Positions 19,297 through 30,000 are shown, counted from the first letter of the stretch. The stretch: 64,000 nt of DNA from Thermoplasmata archaeon (GCA_003552585.1 PUNK01000015.1:12513-76512); one strand, 5' to 3'. The notes: generated by a model from the sequence alone, not told the origin. Numbers and translations are program-made.

Positions 19297-20137
19297 GACC
19301 GTTAAAAATATATTCTACCACTCCAACCAGTAATGCACCTAAAGCAGCAGGAACCAAAACTTCCGGAAGACTTGCCGCTGTGGCAATACCCCTTTCTGTA
19401 GGTACCCTTAGGCCTCCTAACATAAGACCAAACAAAAATGCCATTGTTTTTGAGCAGTGTTTTTCGATTAACCATTCCATCAACCTAGTGAAAGAGAACA
19501 AGCCTGTCACACCGCCAGCGATAAAAACCAGCGATACGGTTACGTCAAACCTATTCAAAGCTGATAAAAGGTAATGATATTGGCCTAAGAATATCAAAAG
19601 AAAGGAACCAGATATACCCGGTAGGATCATGAACACGATTGAAAGAAGTCCAGAAAGAAATATTATCGGTAGGCTGTGGCTCGACTGAATTGTCCTCAAT
19701 CCAACGAAGATAAAAGCAAACAAAAAACCCAAGACCCCTGATATAATGGAGCTAATTGTGATTTTTTCTATGTACTCATATATAACTCCTACTGAAGACA
19801 ATATCAACCCAAAGAAAAATGAAAAGGTTATTGGAGCATAGTGATCCAACATCCACTCTAATCCCCTCGCAAAAAAGAGGGTGGCTACACTTATTCCTAA
19901 AACTAGAGGAAGAAGAAAACGGTAATCTACACTTGACATATCGTCTTTAAAACCCCTAATATCTAATTTTAATATTTTGAAAGGGGCTTTTAGAGGTATG
20001 GTATTAATGGACTTTATCAGCTTATCATAAATCCCCATTATCAAAGCCATCGTACCTCCAGATACACCGGGGATCATGTTGGCACCACCGATAAATGCAC
20101 CTTCAACAAAACGCCTCAACATCTTCTTATGTTTCAT
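19283..20137 (-). CDS. DUF368-family integral membrane protein
   Basis: Duplicated G-[VI]-S-G-[GS] motifs (IPGVSGGTMALIMG and LPGISGSFLLIFLG). Confidence 0.55.
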   Translation of the reverse strand: MKHKKMLRRFVEGAFIGGANMIPGVSGGTMALIMGIYDKLIKSINTIPLKAPFKILKLDIRGFKDDMSSVDYRFLLPLVLGISVATLFFARGLEWMLDHYAPITFSFFFGLILSSVGVIYEYIEKITISSIISGVLGFLFAFIFVGLRTIQSSHSLPIIFLSGLLSIVFMILPGISGSFLLIFLGQYHYLLSALNRFDVTVSLVFIAGGVTGLFSFTRLMEWLIEKHCSKTMAFLFGLMLGGLRVPTERGIATAASLPEVLVPAALGALLVGVVEYIFNGLTSS

Positions 20138-20180
20138 TATCTCATCCTGTACATCGTTATAACTAATATATCATTTTCTT

Positions 20181-21374
20181 TCATCCTACGAAACGTATTA
20201 ACAAAGGCAGGATAATAAATAATCCTACCCATGTAAATATGTTCGAGAAAACACCGACAGTGAATATACGTATTATGTTGTTCGATAAAAATTCATTAGT
20301 GGATTCGCTGGCGGTTAAACTTTTCAAATCTGCTATTGAAGGATTTCTTACTCTCAATTCAACATATCCTGCAATCCAGCCCGGACCTATAAGCGTCAAG
20401 GACATGAATGGGGCCAGTAAAAAAGATATTAAAACTGATAATGGATGACCTCTTCCCAATAGTGCTCCTAAAGCAGCCATACCACCTACTGCAAGGAACC
20501 AGTAAAGTAACGATCGCCAGATATTTAGTACATCAGAAAAAATGAATAGGTAAATTGCCAAGCTGATAAAAAATAGTGGTGAGATAAACCTGACTGCTTT
20601 GGTTGCTACCCTTTTGCTTATTTGCTCCAGATGGACGAATGCAGTATCTTCACCTGTGATAGCCTCCTCGGCCATTGTATTCTCTATCTCTTCTTCTAAC
20701 TCTTCTATTTTGCTGGTAGGTACCATCGCTAGTACCTTCCCTCTTTTTGACGACTCGTATATCCTTTTACCCATGTATTCTGTCCTTTCTTTATGTGCTC
20801 GTGAAGCTACTTTTGGAGCAAAATGAGAAAGTTTTTCGATCAAACCACCCACCAAGTCGTCTTCGTACTCTAACTCCTCTATGGATTCCTTACGTTTTTT
20901 AGGTGAAAAAGAGAGCATCGCAGATTTTAGGTACCAGAACATCTTCAACTTCTCGACGGGTGACATCACTCTAAAAGCCCTACCTAGGGTTAGGGAAACA
21001 TCTCTATCTATGAATTCTACATCTACATCCATCTTGTCCGCCATTGGGACCAATTTCGCAATATTTTTTTCCGCATCAAGACCTTTGAATCTCCTAAGAT
21101 TCTCTTTTATAGCATCTGTAAAAGCCTGGTATATTATTTCGCCCGTCTTTCCCTCTTTATAAGAAGGAAGGAGGGCTTTTTCTTTCCATTCCTCCCTACC
21201 CATCGCCTCGAAGCGTTTGTCACATAGTGCAAATGCCACGGTTTCCGGGAGGTGGACATCGATAAGTTGCTCAAGTGTTTTTTCTAGGGAATCTTCTCCT
21301 AAGAAATCAACTCCCACGAGCACTATGTTAGTGTCTAGCTCTTTTACAGCGGGTTCGGACATATGCATATGCAT
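20181..21374 (-). CDS. TraB-family protein with C-terminal membrane domain
   Basis: N-terminus NIVLVGVDFLGEDSLEKTLEQLIDVHLPETVAFALCDKRFEAM follows the TraB/GumN pattern. C-terminal 4-5 TM helices. Confidence 0.5.
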   Translation of the reverse strand: MHMHMSEPAVKELDTNIVLVGVDFLGEDSLEKTLEQLIDVHLPETVAFALCDKRFEAMGREEWKEKALLPSYKEGKTGEIIYQAFTDAIKENLRRFKGLDAEKNIAKLVPMADKMDVDVEFIDRDVSLTLGRAFRVMSPVEKLKMFWYLKSAMLSFSPKKRKESIEELEYEDDLVGGLIEKLSHFAPKVASRAHKERTEYMGKRIYESSKRGKVLAMVPTSKIEELEEEIENTMAEEAITGEDTAFVHLEQISKRVATKAVRFISPLFFISLAIYLFIFSDVLNIWRSLLYWFLAVGGMAALGALLGRGHPLSVLISFLLAPFMSLTLIGPGWIAGYVELRVRNPSIADLKSLTASESTNEFLSNNIIRIFTVGVFSNIFTWVGLFIILPLLIRFVG

Positions 21375-21473
21375 TTAGACTGGGGTAAATATACTTTTTC
21401 AGTTACCTACGATATAGACTAAGAAGTGAAAAAGCTGTATTTATAAAGCAAGAATGTGATAGAGTACCAAAGA

Positions 21474-22076
21474 CTAATCTCCGTAATCGAATATTTTCCT
21501 GTTCTTGACAAGCAGAATAATGGATACGAGTGAAAAAAGGAATGGGGCAAAATAAATCCATATTACTTCCTGGATAATAGTGTCCGAAAAATAAGGCAGA
21601 CCCATCAAAATTACAGATAACATAAGTCCGAGGAAAGAGAATATGGAGCCTGTCAATGCTATCGCAAAAGAATTTTGTTTAAAAGAATGAAAACACCCTA
21701 ATGCAGCTATAAGAAAGAATATAAAAAGGGCTAAGATAGAACCAATCAAAAATGAAAGGAAATCTTGATTTAGACCACCCGATATCCCACCACTTAAAAG
21801 ATAAAAAGCTGGTAGGACTATGAATGGCAAAATCATTAAAAGAAGCACTCCTGCTATTATAACATGAAAACGTACTCCTAAATCATAATTAAAGATAGGA
21901 TAAACGTTTCTTCTCAACTGCCAATGAAAATCTATTTCCCTGACTCTATCACCCTCTACAATATCAGAATAAACCATGCCACAATTTGAACAACCAACCA
22001 TAACTTTCTTTTGATCTTTTGTTCTGAACCAGGTGCGATTACCGCATCTTGGACAGTCCGAAAGGAGATATTCCAT
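21474..22076 (-). CDS. Zinc-ribbon (CPRC..CSNC) membrane protein, unknown function
   Basis: MEYLLSDCPRCGNRTWF...GCSNCGMVYSD followed by 4 TM helices. Confidence 0.4.
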   Translation of the reverse strand: MEYLLSDCPRCGNRTWFRTKDQKKVMVGCSNCGMVYSDIVEGDRVREIDFHWQLRRNVYPIFNYDLGVRFHVIIAGVLLLMILPFIVLPAFYLLSGGISGGLNQDFLSFLIGSILALFIFFLIAALGCFHSFKQNSFAIALTGSIFSFLGLMLSVILMGLPYFSDTIIQEVIWIYFAPFLFSLVSIILLVKNRKIFDYGD

Positions 22077-22240
22077 CAGATTATGTATTCACTAAGAACC
22101 TAATTTCTTTTTCGGATTGTGAAAACATATATAATAGTGATTGGTAATATCCAAGTATCTCAGCAAATATAGAATTTCCCGAAGGTACAAAGATACAAGA
22201 AAAATCTGGGTCTGGCGAACTTCTCCCTCTCCTTTCAAAG

Positions 22241-23890
22241 TTGAAGAAATATACATTTAACGGCTATATAAAGGCAGAGGTTGAAGGACAGTTAGAAGGC
22301 TATCTAACTTTAAAGGATGGTATGCCTCGAAATGCAGTTCTTTATCCACCTGCAGGAAATGAAATAAAAGGGCAGTCAGCTCTCAAAAAGATCAGGGACA
22401 TGGATAACATGGAAGAGCTCAGGATCCAGGTTCACACAAATGTAGATATAGATTCACTAATATCTAGTATCCCTGGTAAAATTCCTGTGCAAGCCATCGA
22501 GGAAAGTCAAGAAGATACGTTGAAGGTGGAAGGAGAGAAGAAGACTGCAGAAAGAAAGAAGTTGGAGGAGGAGCTAGAAAGCAGAATAATAGAACAAGAG
22601 ATGAAGGAATCTAAGGTCGCTGAAAAAGAGATAGAGGTCTACGACACTTTGATCAAAGAAAGAAGAGGTTTGAAAAGTGAAGAACCTGGTAAATTTCCCG
22701 ACAAATTCTCATTTGAGAACTTCGTTGTTGGTCCAAATAACAAGTTTGCATATGCTGCTGCTAGGGAGATTGCTCGATTTCCAGGTGATTCGTTTAATCC
22801 TCTTTTTATTACAAGTTCTTCAGGTTTGGGGAAAACTCATCTTCTAAAAGCTATAGGCAACTATCTAAAGAAAAGAGATCATGATTTGGAAATTAGTTAT
22901 CTTACAGCCTCGAATCTTTCGTCCATTTTGTCTAATCAAGATATAAAAGAGCTAAAAGAAGAGGTAAATAAAGCTAACGTCCTTCTATTGGACGATATAC
23001 AGTTCCTAGCTAATAAAATAGATCTTCAGGACGAAGTATTTCATATTCTAAATAACTTATTAGAAAAAAAAGGACAGGTTGTTCTGACTTCTGATCGGCC
23101 TCCCGACCAGATACCTTCCCTGCAAGACAGGATGGTGACTCGCTTCAAATCAGGGTTGGTAGTTGATATCAGACCACCTACATTTGAAACCAGGGTATCA
23201 ATAATCGATAAAATACTTAAAGAATATGACATCAAAGTTGAGCAAGATGTGAAGGAGTACATCGCTCGCCATGTGAAAAAAAATGTGAGGGAGCTTGAAG
23301 GTGTTTTAAACAGGATTCTGGCCTTTTCTTCCCTCCTTGAAGAAGATATAAGTAAAGAAGTGGTTAAAGAAAGTCTTAAACACTATTCTGACGAGATCGA
23401 TAAAGGTGAAAAGAAAGTCAGTTCGTACACCTTTAAAGTCGGTAGAAGTTATCTGATAGAGGAAAGAAGACCTGATAAAGGATTTGAAATACTTAAAGGT
23501 ATGAGAGATGATGGAAAAACTTACATTTTCTCCCGTCTGAATCCTAATAGGATAAAGGAGGATTATGGAGTTAAAGATAGTGAGATTTATTGGTTGACAT
23601 CCCGTGATAGTCAAAATTATATAACAGTTTCTCCGAACTTAGAGAATCTGTCCTGGCGTCTCGAAGATTTACTAAAAGAAGATGGAGTAGTACTGCTTGA
23701 TGGACTAGAATATCTTATCAGCAATACTGGATTTGAACCTACTATACAGTTCTTGCGACATATGATAGATATGGTATCAGAGACGGAAACTGTATTCTTG
23801 TTGACCGTCAGCCCCGACGCTCTTGAACGCAAGCATGTAAGCATTTTAGAAAGAGAGATGGAAGTAATTTCAGAAGAGGATAGTTTATGA
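22241..23890 (+). CDS. Bacterial DnaA-like AAA+ ATPase (domain III only) fused to a novel coiled-coil N-terminus and an archaeal DUF835-like C-terminal domain
   Basis: FENFVVGPNNKFAYAAAREIARFPGDSFNPLFITSSSGLGKTHLLKAIGNYL (Walker A), LLLDDIQFLANK (Walker B), VLTSDRPP (sensor I), RFKSGLVVDIRPPTFETRVSI (box VII) and NVRELEGVLNRI (sensor II) are near-identical to the bacterial DnaA consensus. No domain IV HTH. The C-terminus VVLLDGLEYLISNTGFEPTIQFLRHMIDMVSETETVFLLTVSPDALE resembles DUF835. Confidence 0.72.
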   Translation: MKKYTFNGYIKAEVEGQLEGYLTLKDGMPRNAVLYPPAGNEIKGQSALKKIRDMDNMEELRIQVHTNVDIDSLISSIPGKIPVQAIEESQEDTLKVEGEKKTAERKKLEEELESRIIEQEMKESKVAEKEIEVYDTLIKERRGLKSEEPGKFPDKFSFENFVVGPNNKFAYAAAREIARFPGDSFNPLFITSSSGLGKTHLLKAIGNYLKKRDHDLEISYLTASNLSSILSNQDIKELKEEVNKANVLLLDDIQFLANKIDLQDEVFHILNNLLEKKGQVVLTSDRPPDQIPSLQDRMVTRFKSGLVVDIRPPTFETRVSIIDKILKEYDIKVEQDVKEYIARHVKKNVRELEGVLNRILAFSSLLEEDISKEVVKESLKHYSDEIDKGEKKVSSYTFKVGRSYLIEERRPDKGFEILKGMRDDGKTYIFSRLNPNRIKEDYGVKDSEIYWLTSRDSQNYITVSPNLENLSWRLEDLLKEDGVVLLDGLEYLISNTGFEPTIQFLRHMIDMVSETETVFLLTVSPDALERKHVSILEREMEVISEEDSL

Positions 23891-24309
23891 ACAAAAGGGA
23901 TGAAAAAATTGCACTCCAGTCTAAGGCGTTCAACCTGTTCGAAGAAGGTAAAGTGCCGGTTGAACTCGTTCAAGAAGGTATCTGCACTAAGGAAGAGGCA
24001 AAAGAATTGTTCATGAGCTATCAAGAACTGCTTAAGTGTGAGGTTGATAAGGAGGTTTTCAATGAAAAACTATCCACTCAGTTGGGACTAATAGGCTCTA
24101 GATTGGCCCAGATTGAACTTAAGATTATGAATTCCATTTTTCTTCCCAAAAGCAGAGAATGCAAAAATTGTGATCACACCGGGATATATGGAGTTGGAGT
24201 GGTATGTCAGCAATGTGGCTCGGTGGAGGTTCATGTTCCGATGGAGATAGGAGAAAACATCGTAGAAAACATAGGTTTCACGCCTTTCAAAGATGAGGAA
24301 GAGGATTAA
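23887..24309 (+). CDS. Small protein with C-terminal zinc-ribbon (CKNC..CQQC), co-transcribed with the DnaA-like gene
   Basis: ATGA overlap with the upstream gene. Motif RECKNCDHTGIYGVGVVCQQCG. Confidence 0.45.
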   Translation: MNKRDEKIALQSKAFNLFEEGKVPVELVQEGICTKEEAKELFMSYQELLKCEVDKEVFNEKLSTQLGLIGSRLAQIELKIMNSIFLPKSRECKNCDHTGIYGVGVVCQQCGSVEVHVPMEIGENIVENIGFTPFKDEEED

Positions 24310-24330
24310 GAAAAGGATTTTGAAAAAAGA

Positions 24331-24371
24331 GGGGGCAGTAGCCTCGATGGTCCCCCGTCATAGCATTTTTC
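24331..24371 (+). terminator. GC hairpin (GGGGG-N16-CCCCC) followed by a T5 run, a likely terminator of the DnaA-like operon
   Basis: gggggcagtagcctcgatggtccccc at 24331-24356, then cattttt at 24365-24370. Confidence 0.35.
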
Positions 24372-24737
24372 CGACCGCGGTGGACGATGGCTCATGGATC
24401 AGCAGGTTGGAGGAAAAATATAAAAGGTTGAGGTATCCAGAGCATCATTATCTCCGCTGAATTGAAGATGTGGAAAAGATCTCCTAAAGTGAATTATCGG
24501 AAATGCTACTTCCATTAATGTTAACCCTCTTTCACAAGGGATCCTGGAAACGGGGATTATTTTTTCCATCATGGCTTACGCCGCCCTCGTGCAATATATA
24601 GGTACATCTACCCTATTTATAATTTATGTTTATTTGCTGAACTTGCACAAAGTAAAAAATTTTGATATTTTGATTGGAAAAACAAATTTTTCTCGATTTT
24701 AGAGGATATTCATCCCAAAAAAACTAATTAACACTCT

Positions 24738-26633
24738 TTGTTCCAAGAACTCATGGGGCGATTCTGCAGTAGGTGTGGGGCCCTTCTTCCTCCTAATAAA
24801 AACGAATGTGTTAGATGTAGCTCCGATAATGTCTATAGTGAACGGGGGATATTCCCTTACAAAAAAGTTAGACCAGTGCAAGAGCAGCTAATGGATGACT
24901 CTCGAAAAGCATTCAACGAGGGAAAAATTATACTCGCTAACGCCCCAACAGGGATAGGTAAGACTGCTGCTGTTTTGACAGCAGCCGCTGAAGTCCTAGA
25001 CAATAAAAAACTCCTCTTTTTAACCAGTAAACAGTCCCAACATAGGATGGCTATAGAAACAGTTAAGAAGATGCCCTCTCAGATCAATGCAGTCGATGTA
25101 ATAGCCAAGCAGCATATGTGTCCATATGAGGAATCGAGGATGCCCTACCCTGTTTTTGAGCAGTTCTGCGAGAGGGTTGGGAAGAAAAGATGTAATCTCT
25201 TCAATACCCAGATGAAATCTGTAGCAGATGAGTTCAAAGAAAAATCATTGCATGTGCATGAAGTTATGAGGCAGTCCAAAAGAGCAAATGTCTGCCCTCA
25301 CAAAACCGCACTCTCTGCAGCAAAAGATTCGGAAGTGTTGGTCTGTGATTTCAACTATGTATTCTCAGATATTCAAGAAAAAATATTTGAATTCTTAGAC
25401 CTAAAATTGGAAAATACCCTATTGATAGTCGATGAAGCCCATAACCTTCCAGATAGAGTGAGATCCCAGCTGGAAAGCAGCATTTCTATCCCACTGCTAA
25501 AAGATTCTTTTAGACTCCTTGACGATGTAAATTCAGAACTTGCAGGATTCGTAAAAAGGTTCTCTTCCCTATTGGGTGATGTAGAAAAAGATGAAAAAAC
25601 AGTGGAAAAGGATTTCATCGATGATATGGTAACCGTAGCCTTACGGGGAGGATTTGGGAGATATGAGAACCTCGAAGAGCTGATGGTTGATCTTGAAGTG
25701 GCCTCCTATAATATTCTAGAGCACGATGCATCTGCCACTGCACCATTGAATCTTTATAATTTTTTTAAAGCTTGGAGAGAAGAGGGAAAAGAAGTATTTA
25801 GAGGTATAGAGAACGACCCCATTACTGTTAGGACCTCATTGCTCGACCCTTCACGTCTGACAAAAAACATCTTTTCCATGGTAGGAGGTGCTATTCTCAT
25901 GAGTGGAACATTGCATCCAGGAGAGATGTATGCCGATCTACTTGGTATAAAAGGTGCTTTAATCAAAAATTATCCCTCTCCTTTCCCAGAAGAAAATCGG
26001 ATGATCTTAAGTGTGAACGGTCTTACAACATCTTACAAACAAAGAGGGATGATGATGTATCAAGCTTATGCTAATGCTATATCCGACGTGGCGAATAACA
26101 CACCCGGTAATACCGCTGCTTTTTTCCCGTCATACGGGCTTCTAAACAGAATACTCGAAAGACTTAGGATGGTGCATCTAAAGAATAAATTGCTAATCGA
26201 AGACCGATCTATGAGTAAAGTAGAAAAAGAGAGTATGGTGGATGCACTTGCACGATCACCAGATAAGTTGTTGATAGCGGTTCAGGGAGGAAGCCTATCA
26301 GAAGGTGTTGACTATCCTGATAATATGCTTTCTGCTGTTATCATCGTAGGAATACCTTTTCCTCCCCCTTCTCTAGAATTAAAGGCTTTAGAAGATTATT
26401 ACACAGATAAATTCGGAGGTAAAAAGGGATACCTTTACACAAGAGTTTACCCTGCCCTTAATAGAGTTCTACAAGCTGCAGGTCGTTCTATAAGATCCAA
26501 AGAGGATAGAGCGGTGATAGTATTGATGGACGAAAGATTTAACAAAACTTTTTATCGATCAGCTATGCCTGATAGATTCGATTATGAATTAGTTGAAGAT
26601 ATGGTTGAAAAAGTTAAAGAGTTTTTTGAATGA
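24738..26633 (+). CDS. XPD/Rad3-family (DinG-like) ATP-dependent 5'-3' DNA helicase with N-terminal zinc-ribbon extension. The likely start is ATG 24753.
   Basis: Walker A ANAPTGIGKTAAVL. FeS-domain cysteines HMCPYEE..FCERVGKKRCNLF..ANVCPHK. DEAH box LIVDEAHNL. C-terminal motifs GGSLSEGVDYPD and QAAGRSIRS. Confidence 0.82.
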   Translation: MFQELMGRFCSRCGALLPPNKNECVRCSSDNVYSERGIFPYKKVRPVQEQLMDDSRKAFNEGKIILANAPTGIGKTAAVLTAAAEVLDNKKLLFLTSKQSQHRMAIETVKKMPSQINAVDVIAKQHMCPYEESRMPYPVFEQFCERVGKKRCNLFNTQMKSVADEFKEKSLHVHEVMRQSKRANVCPHKTALSAAKDSEVLVCDFNYVFSDIQEKIFEFLDLKLENTLLIVDEAHNLPDRVRSQLESSISIPLLKDSFRLLDDVNSELAGFVKRFSSLLGDVEKDEKTVEKDFIDDMVTVALRGGFGRYENLEELMVDLEVASYNILEHDASATAPLNLYNFFKAWREEGKEVFRGIENDPITVRTSLLDPSRLTKNIFSMVGGAILMSGTLHPGEMYADLLGIKGALIKNYPSPFPEENRMILSVNGLTTSYKQRGMMMYQAYANAISDVANNTPGNTAAFFPSYGLLNRILERLRMVHLKNKLLIEDRSMSKVEKESMVDALARSPDKLLIAVQGGSLSEGVDYPDNMLSAVIIVGIPFPPPSLELKALEDYYTDKFGGKKGYLYTRVYPALNRVLQAAGRSIRSKEDRAVIVLMDERFNKTFYRSAMPDRFDYELVEDMVEKVKEFFE

Positions 26634-26634
26634 T

Positions 26635-27048
26635 TCAATCTATTTTTTTCTTGAGTGTCTCCATCTGATCCCAGATCACCTCATGCTCAAGTCCATTTTC
26701 ATTCAAAAAATCGCTGATCTTATCTGTTATCATATCGATCTCAGATTCTTCTTCACTTATCCTCGGATAAAGGTAGAATTCCACTCTCTCTGTGTTTCTA
26801 GGGAATATCATGCGATATCTTGCTTCCCTGTTGTGGCCAGGAGGTTTTCGATCTTTCACCAGGTCTTTGAGATTCAATCTGATGAGCATCTCCATAAAAT
26901 CCTCTTCCTCTTCTCCTGGGTGCTGCTCTGAGGCAAGCATAAATTCTTCGAAGAGGGCTCTGAAGACCGGGGCAAGATCTTTAAAACTAATATCCTCTGA
27001 AAACCTTATGAGACTATTTCTTTTGATTATTTCGAATTCTTCTTCCAT
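26635..27048 (-). CDS. Hypothetical acidic protein
   Basis: ORF only, 137 aa. Convergent with the helicase. Confidence 0.3.
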   Translation of the reverse strand: MEEEFEIIKRNSLIRFSEDISFKDLAPVFRALFEEFMLASEQHPGEEEEDFMEMLIRLNLKDLVKDRKPPGHNREARYRMIFPRNTERVEFYLYPRISEEESEIDMITDKISDFLNENGLEHEVIWDQMETLKKKID

Positions 27049-27094
27049 CTTCTCACTCTTCCATGAAAGCGCTTCATTTTATATGTTTGGGAGC

Positions 27095-30000
27095 CTATTC
27101 AACGGGATCTACCCACAGTTTCAACTCCCTTCCATCAATCTGCCAATCTTTATGGTAGCCATATCCTTCTTCGTTGACAATAGAGTCTGAGAGAGTTTCC
27201 TTTAAAATATAGCTCTCCATTTCTGAAACAGCTTCTTCGATACGTGGGTCACCCACATAATTCGTCTTTATCCTTTGAGTATACCCAAGATCAAGTTCTT
27301 TTCTCATGGTCTGAATACGGCGTACCACATCTCTAGTGATGCCTTCTATTTCCAGCTCCTCATCGATGATAGTATCTATGTAAACCTCAAGTCCATCATC
27401 TTTACTTAAGGTGAAGCTATCATCAACACTTTCTTTGATATTGACATCCTCCTTAGCTATGGTGTAGCCCTCAAGATTAACATCGCCTTCTTTTAGAGAA
27501 CTGACAAGCCATTCAACATCAGCTTTTTTTATCAAAGATGCTACCTTGTTAGCTTGACCTTTGAATTTCGGACCTAATGAAGATAAATCTGGTTCGATCT
27601 CTGTAGACGTGGGTGCACCACTAGGATCAGTTATTTTGATTTTCTTTACATTCAGTTCGTTTCCCAATAATTTTCTATAGATATTTACCGCTTTTCGCTC
27701 ATGTTTGCTTTGTGTGACTACTATCGCCTTGTTCAACGGTTGTCTAAGTTTTATTCCGGACCTTTGACGGGCGTTCCTTCCCAGTTCAGCTACCCTTATA
27801 ACTGTATCCATATAATCTTCGAGCTCTTCATCAACCTCTTCCAGATTTGACACTGGATAATCCAGGAGATGTATAGATTCAGCACCATTCTCAACAGGCA
27901 ACACTATTTTCCTGTAAAGGCGTTCAGCCAAAAAGGGGGTGAAGGGCGCCATCGATTTCAAAAGCGTCTTTAAAGTATCGAAGAGAGTGTTGTATGCGCT
28001 GTTTTTATCCTCACCTTCCCCTTCCCAAAACCTTCTTCTACTCAATCTCAAATACCAGTTACTTACGTCTTGCACGAATCCCTCGATAGCCTGAGTAGCT
28101 TTATGGACATTCAGATCATCTAGCTCTTTTCTTACCTCGTTTACAAGAGTATTTTTCTTTGAAAGTAGCCACAGGTCCAACTCGTCCGTTGGTTCGTATT
28201 CGTTCGGTATAAACCCGTCTATATTAGCATTGTTCACGAAAAATGATGAAATATTGATCAAGGTGTTTATTGTTTTGTTTATCTTCTCTTTTGCCAGTTC
28301 CTCACTAAAGCGTGATGATTTCCACACAGGCATGCTCAAAAAATAGAGACGTATAGCGTCTGCACCTACATTCTCTATCGCTTCCATGGGATCAACAGCG
28401 TTTCCCTTGCTTTTACTCATCTTTTCTCCATCTTCATCAAGAACTAGACCTAAGGTCAAGCAGCTCAAGTACGCTGGCTCGTCGAAAAGAAGAGAGCTAA
28501 TGGCTAGCAAGCTGTAGAACCAGCCCCTTGTCTGGTCCAGTGCCTCTGTTATGAAATCTATTGGAAATGACTCCTGGAAATCATCTTCACCTTCAAAGGG
28601 ATAATGAAACTGGGCAAAGGGTGCACTGCCACTATCGTACCAACAATCTATCACGTACTCGACCCTAGTCATAATCTCGTCACATTCAGGGCAACTCAAT
28701 TTAACCCTATCAACCCAAGGACGATGAAGCTCAAAATCGTCTTCTAAAGGAGCAGTCGCCATTTCTTCTAGTTCCTTCTTGCTACCAACACAATGCTCAT
28801 GTCCATTCTGGCAGGTCCATATCGGAAGGGGAGTCCCCCAAAAGCGATTACGGCTGAGGGACCAGTCCTTCAGATCTTCTAGAAAATTTCCAAATCTACC
28901 ATGTTTTAGATGTTCAGGTTTCCATCTTACCCGGTCATTGTTTTCTATCAATCGGTTCTTTTCTTTAGACGTGCGTATAAACCAGCTCTCCAAGGCGTAA
29001 TAAAGCAATGGTGAATCACATCGCCAGCAGAAAGGGTAAGTATGCTTGACTGATTCTCTTTTGACAAGGTCTCCTCTTTCGTAAAGGTCCGTCATTATCT
29101 GGCCATCTGCCTCCTTTACGAACTTACCTGCGTAATCCGGAACCACCTTTTTGAATTTTCCAGATTCGTCCACAGGATTAACCAGATCTACACCCTCTGC
29201 CTGGCACAATTCGTGATCTTCTAAACCGAAAGCGGGAGCTATATGAACTATCCCCGTTCCTTCATCTAAACTGACGAAGTCGGCATGGGTAATATAGTGA
29301 CTTTTACTTTTTGATGTGACATAATCAAACATCGGCTCATACTCCGACCCGATAAGCTCCTTACCTTTCAACCTTTGAACTATATCCGCATCTTCAAAAA
29401 TCTCATCGAGTAGAGCTTCTGCAAGATAATACCTTTCATCTTCATGCTGTACCAAAACATAATCTATGTCTTTACCCACCACTAAAAGTTGATTGGATAT
29501 CAAGGTCCATGGAGTCGTGGTCCATGCCAGCAGATAGGCGTCTTCGTCCTTCAACTTGAAGCGCACATAGATGGAAGGATCTCTAACCTGTTCGTAACCC
29601 TGTGCAACCTCATGACTTGAAAGGGGAGTACCACATCGGGGACAGTAAGGGACTACCTTATGACCCTCTTCCAGTAGACCCGCTTCCCATATCTCTTTTA
29701 GACTCCACCATACACTCTCTATGTAATCGTCCTCCATGGTGATGTAAGCATTATCGTAATCTATCCAAAATCCTATGCGTTCGCTCATCTCCCTCCATTC
29801 TTTTTCGTATTTGAACACGCTCTCCTTACAGAGTTCATTGAATTTTTCGAGACCAAATTCCAATATCTCTTCCTTTGAATCAATACCTAACTCCTTTTCA
29901 ACCTCTATCTCAACAGGAAGACCATGAGTATCCCATCCTGCTATATTTGGAACTATCTGATAGCCGTCCATGGTTTTATAACGAAGATAAATATCTTTAA

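Noticed and set aside
24362-24475. A 37-codon ORF (MVPRHSIFPTAVDDGSWISRLEEKYKRLRYPEHHYLR) inside the GC-rich intergenic island.
   Set aside because: No recognisable motif or start context. It is more likely a chance ORF in GC-rich, possibly structured-RNA or origin sequence.
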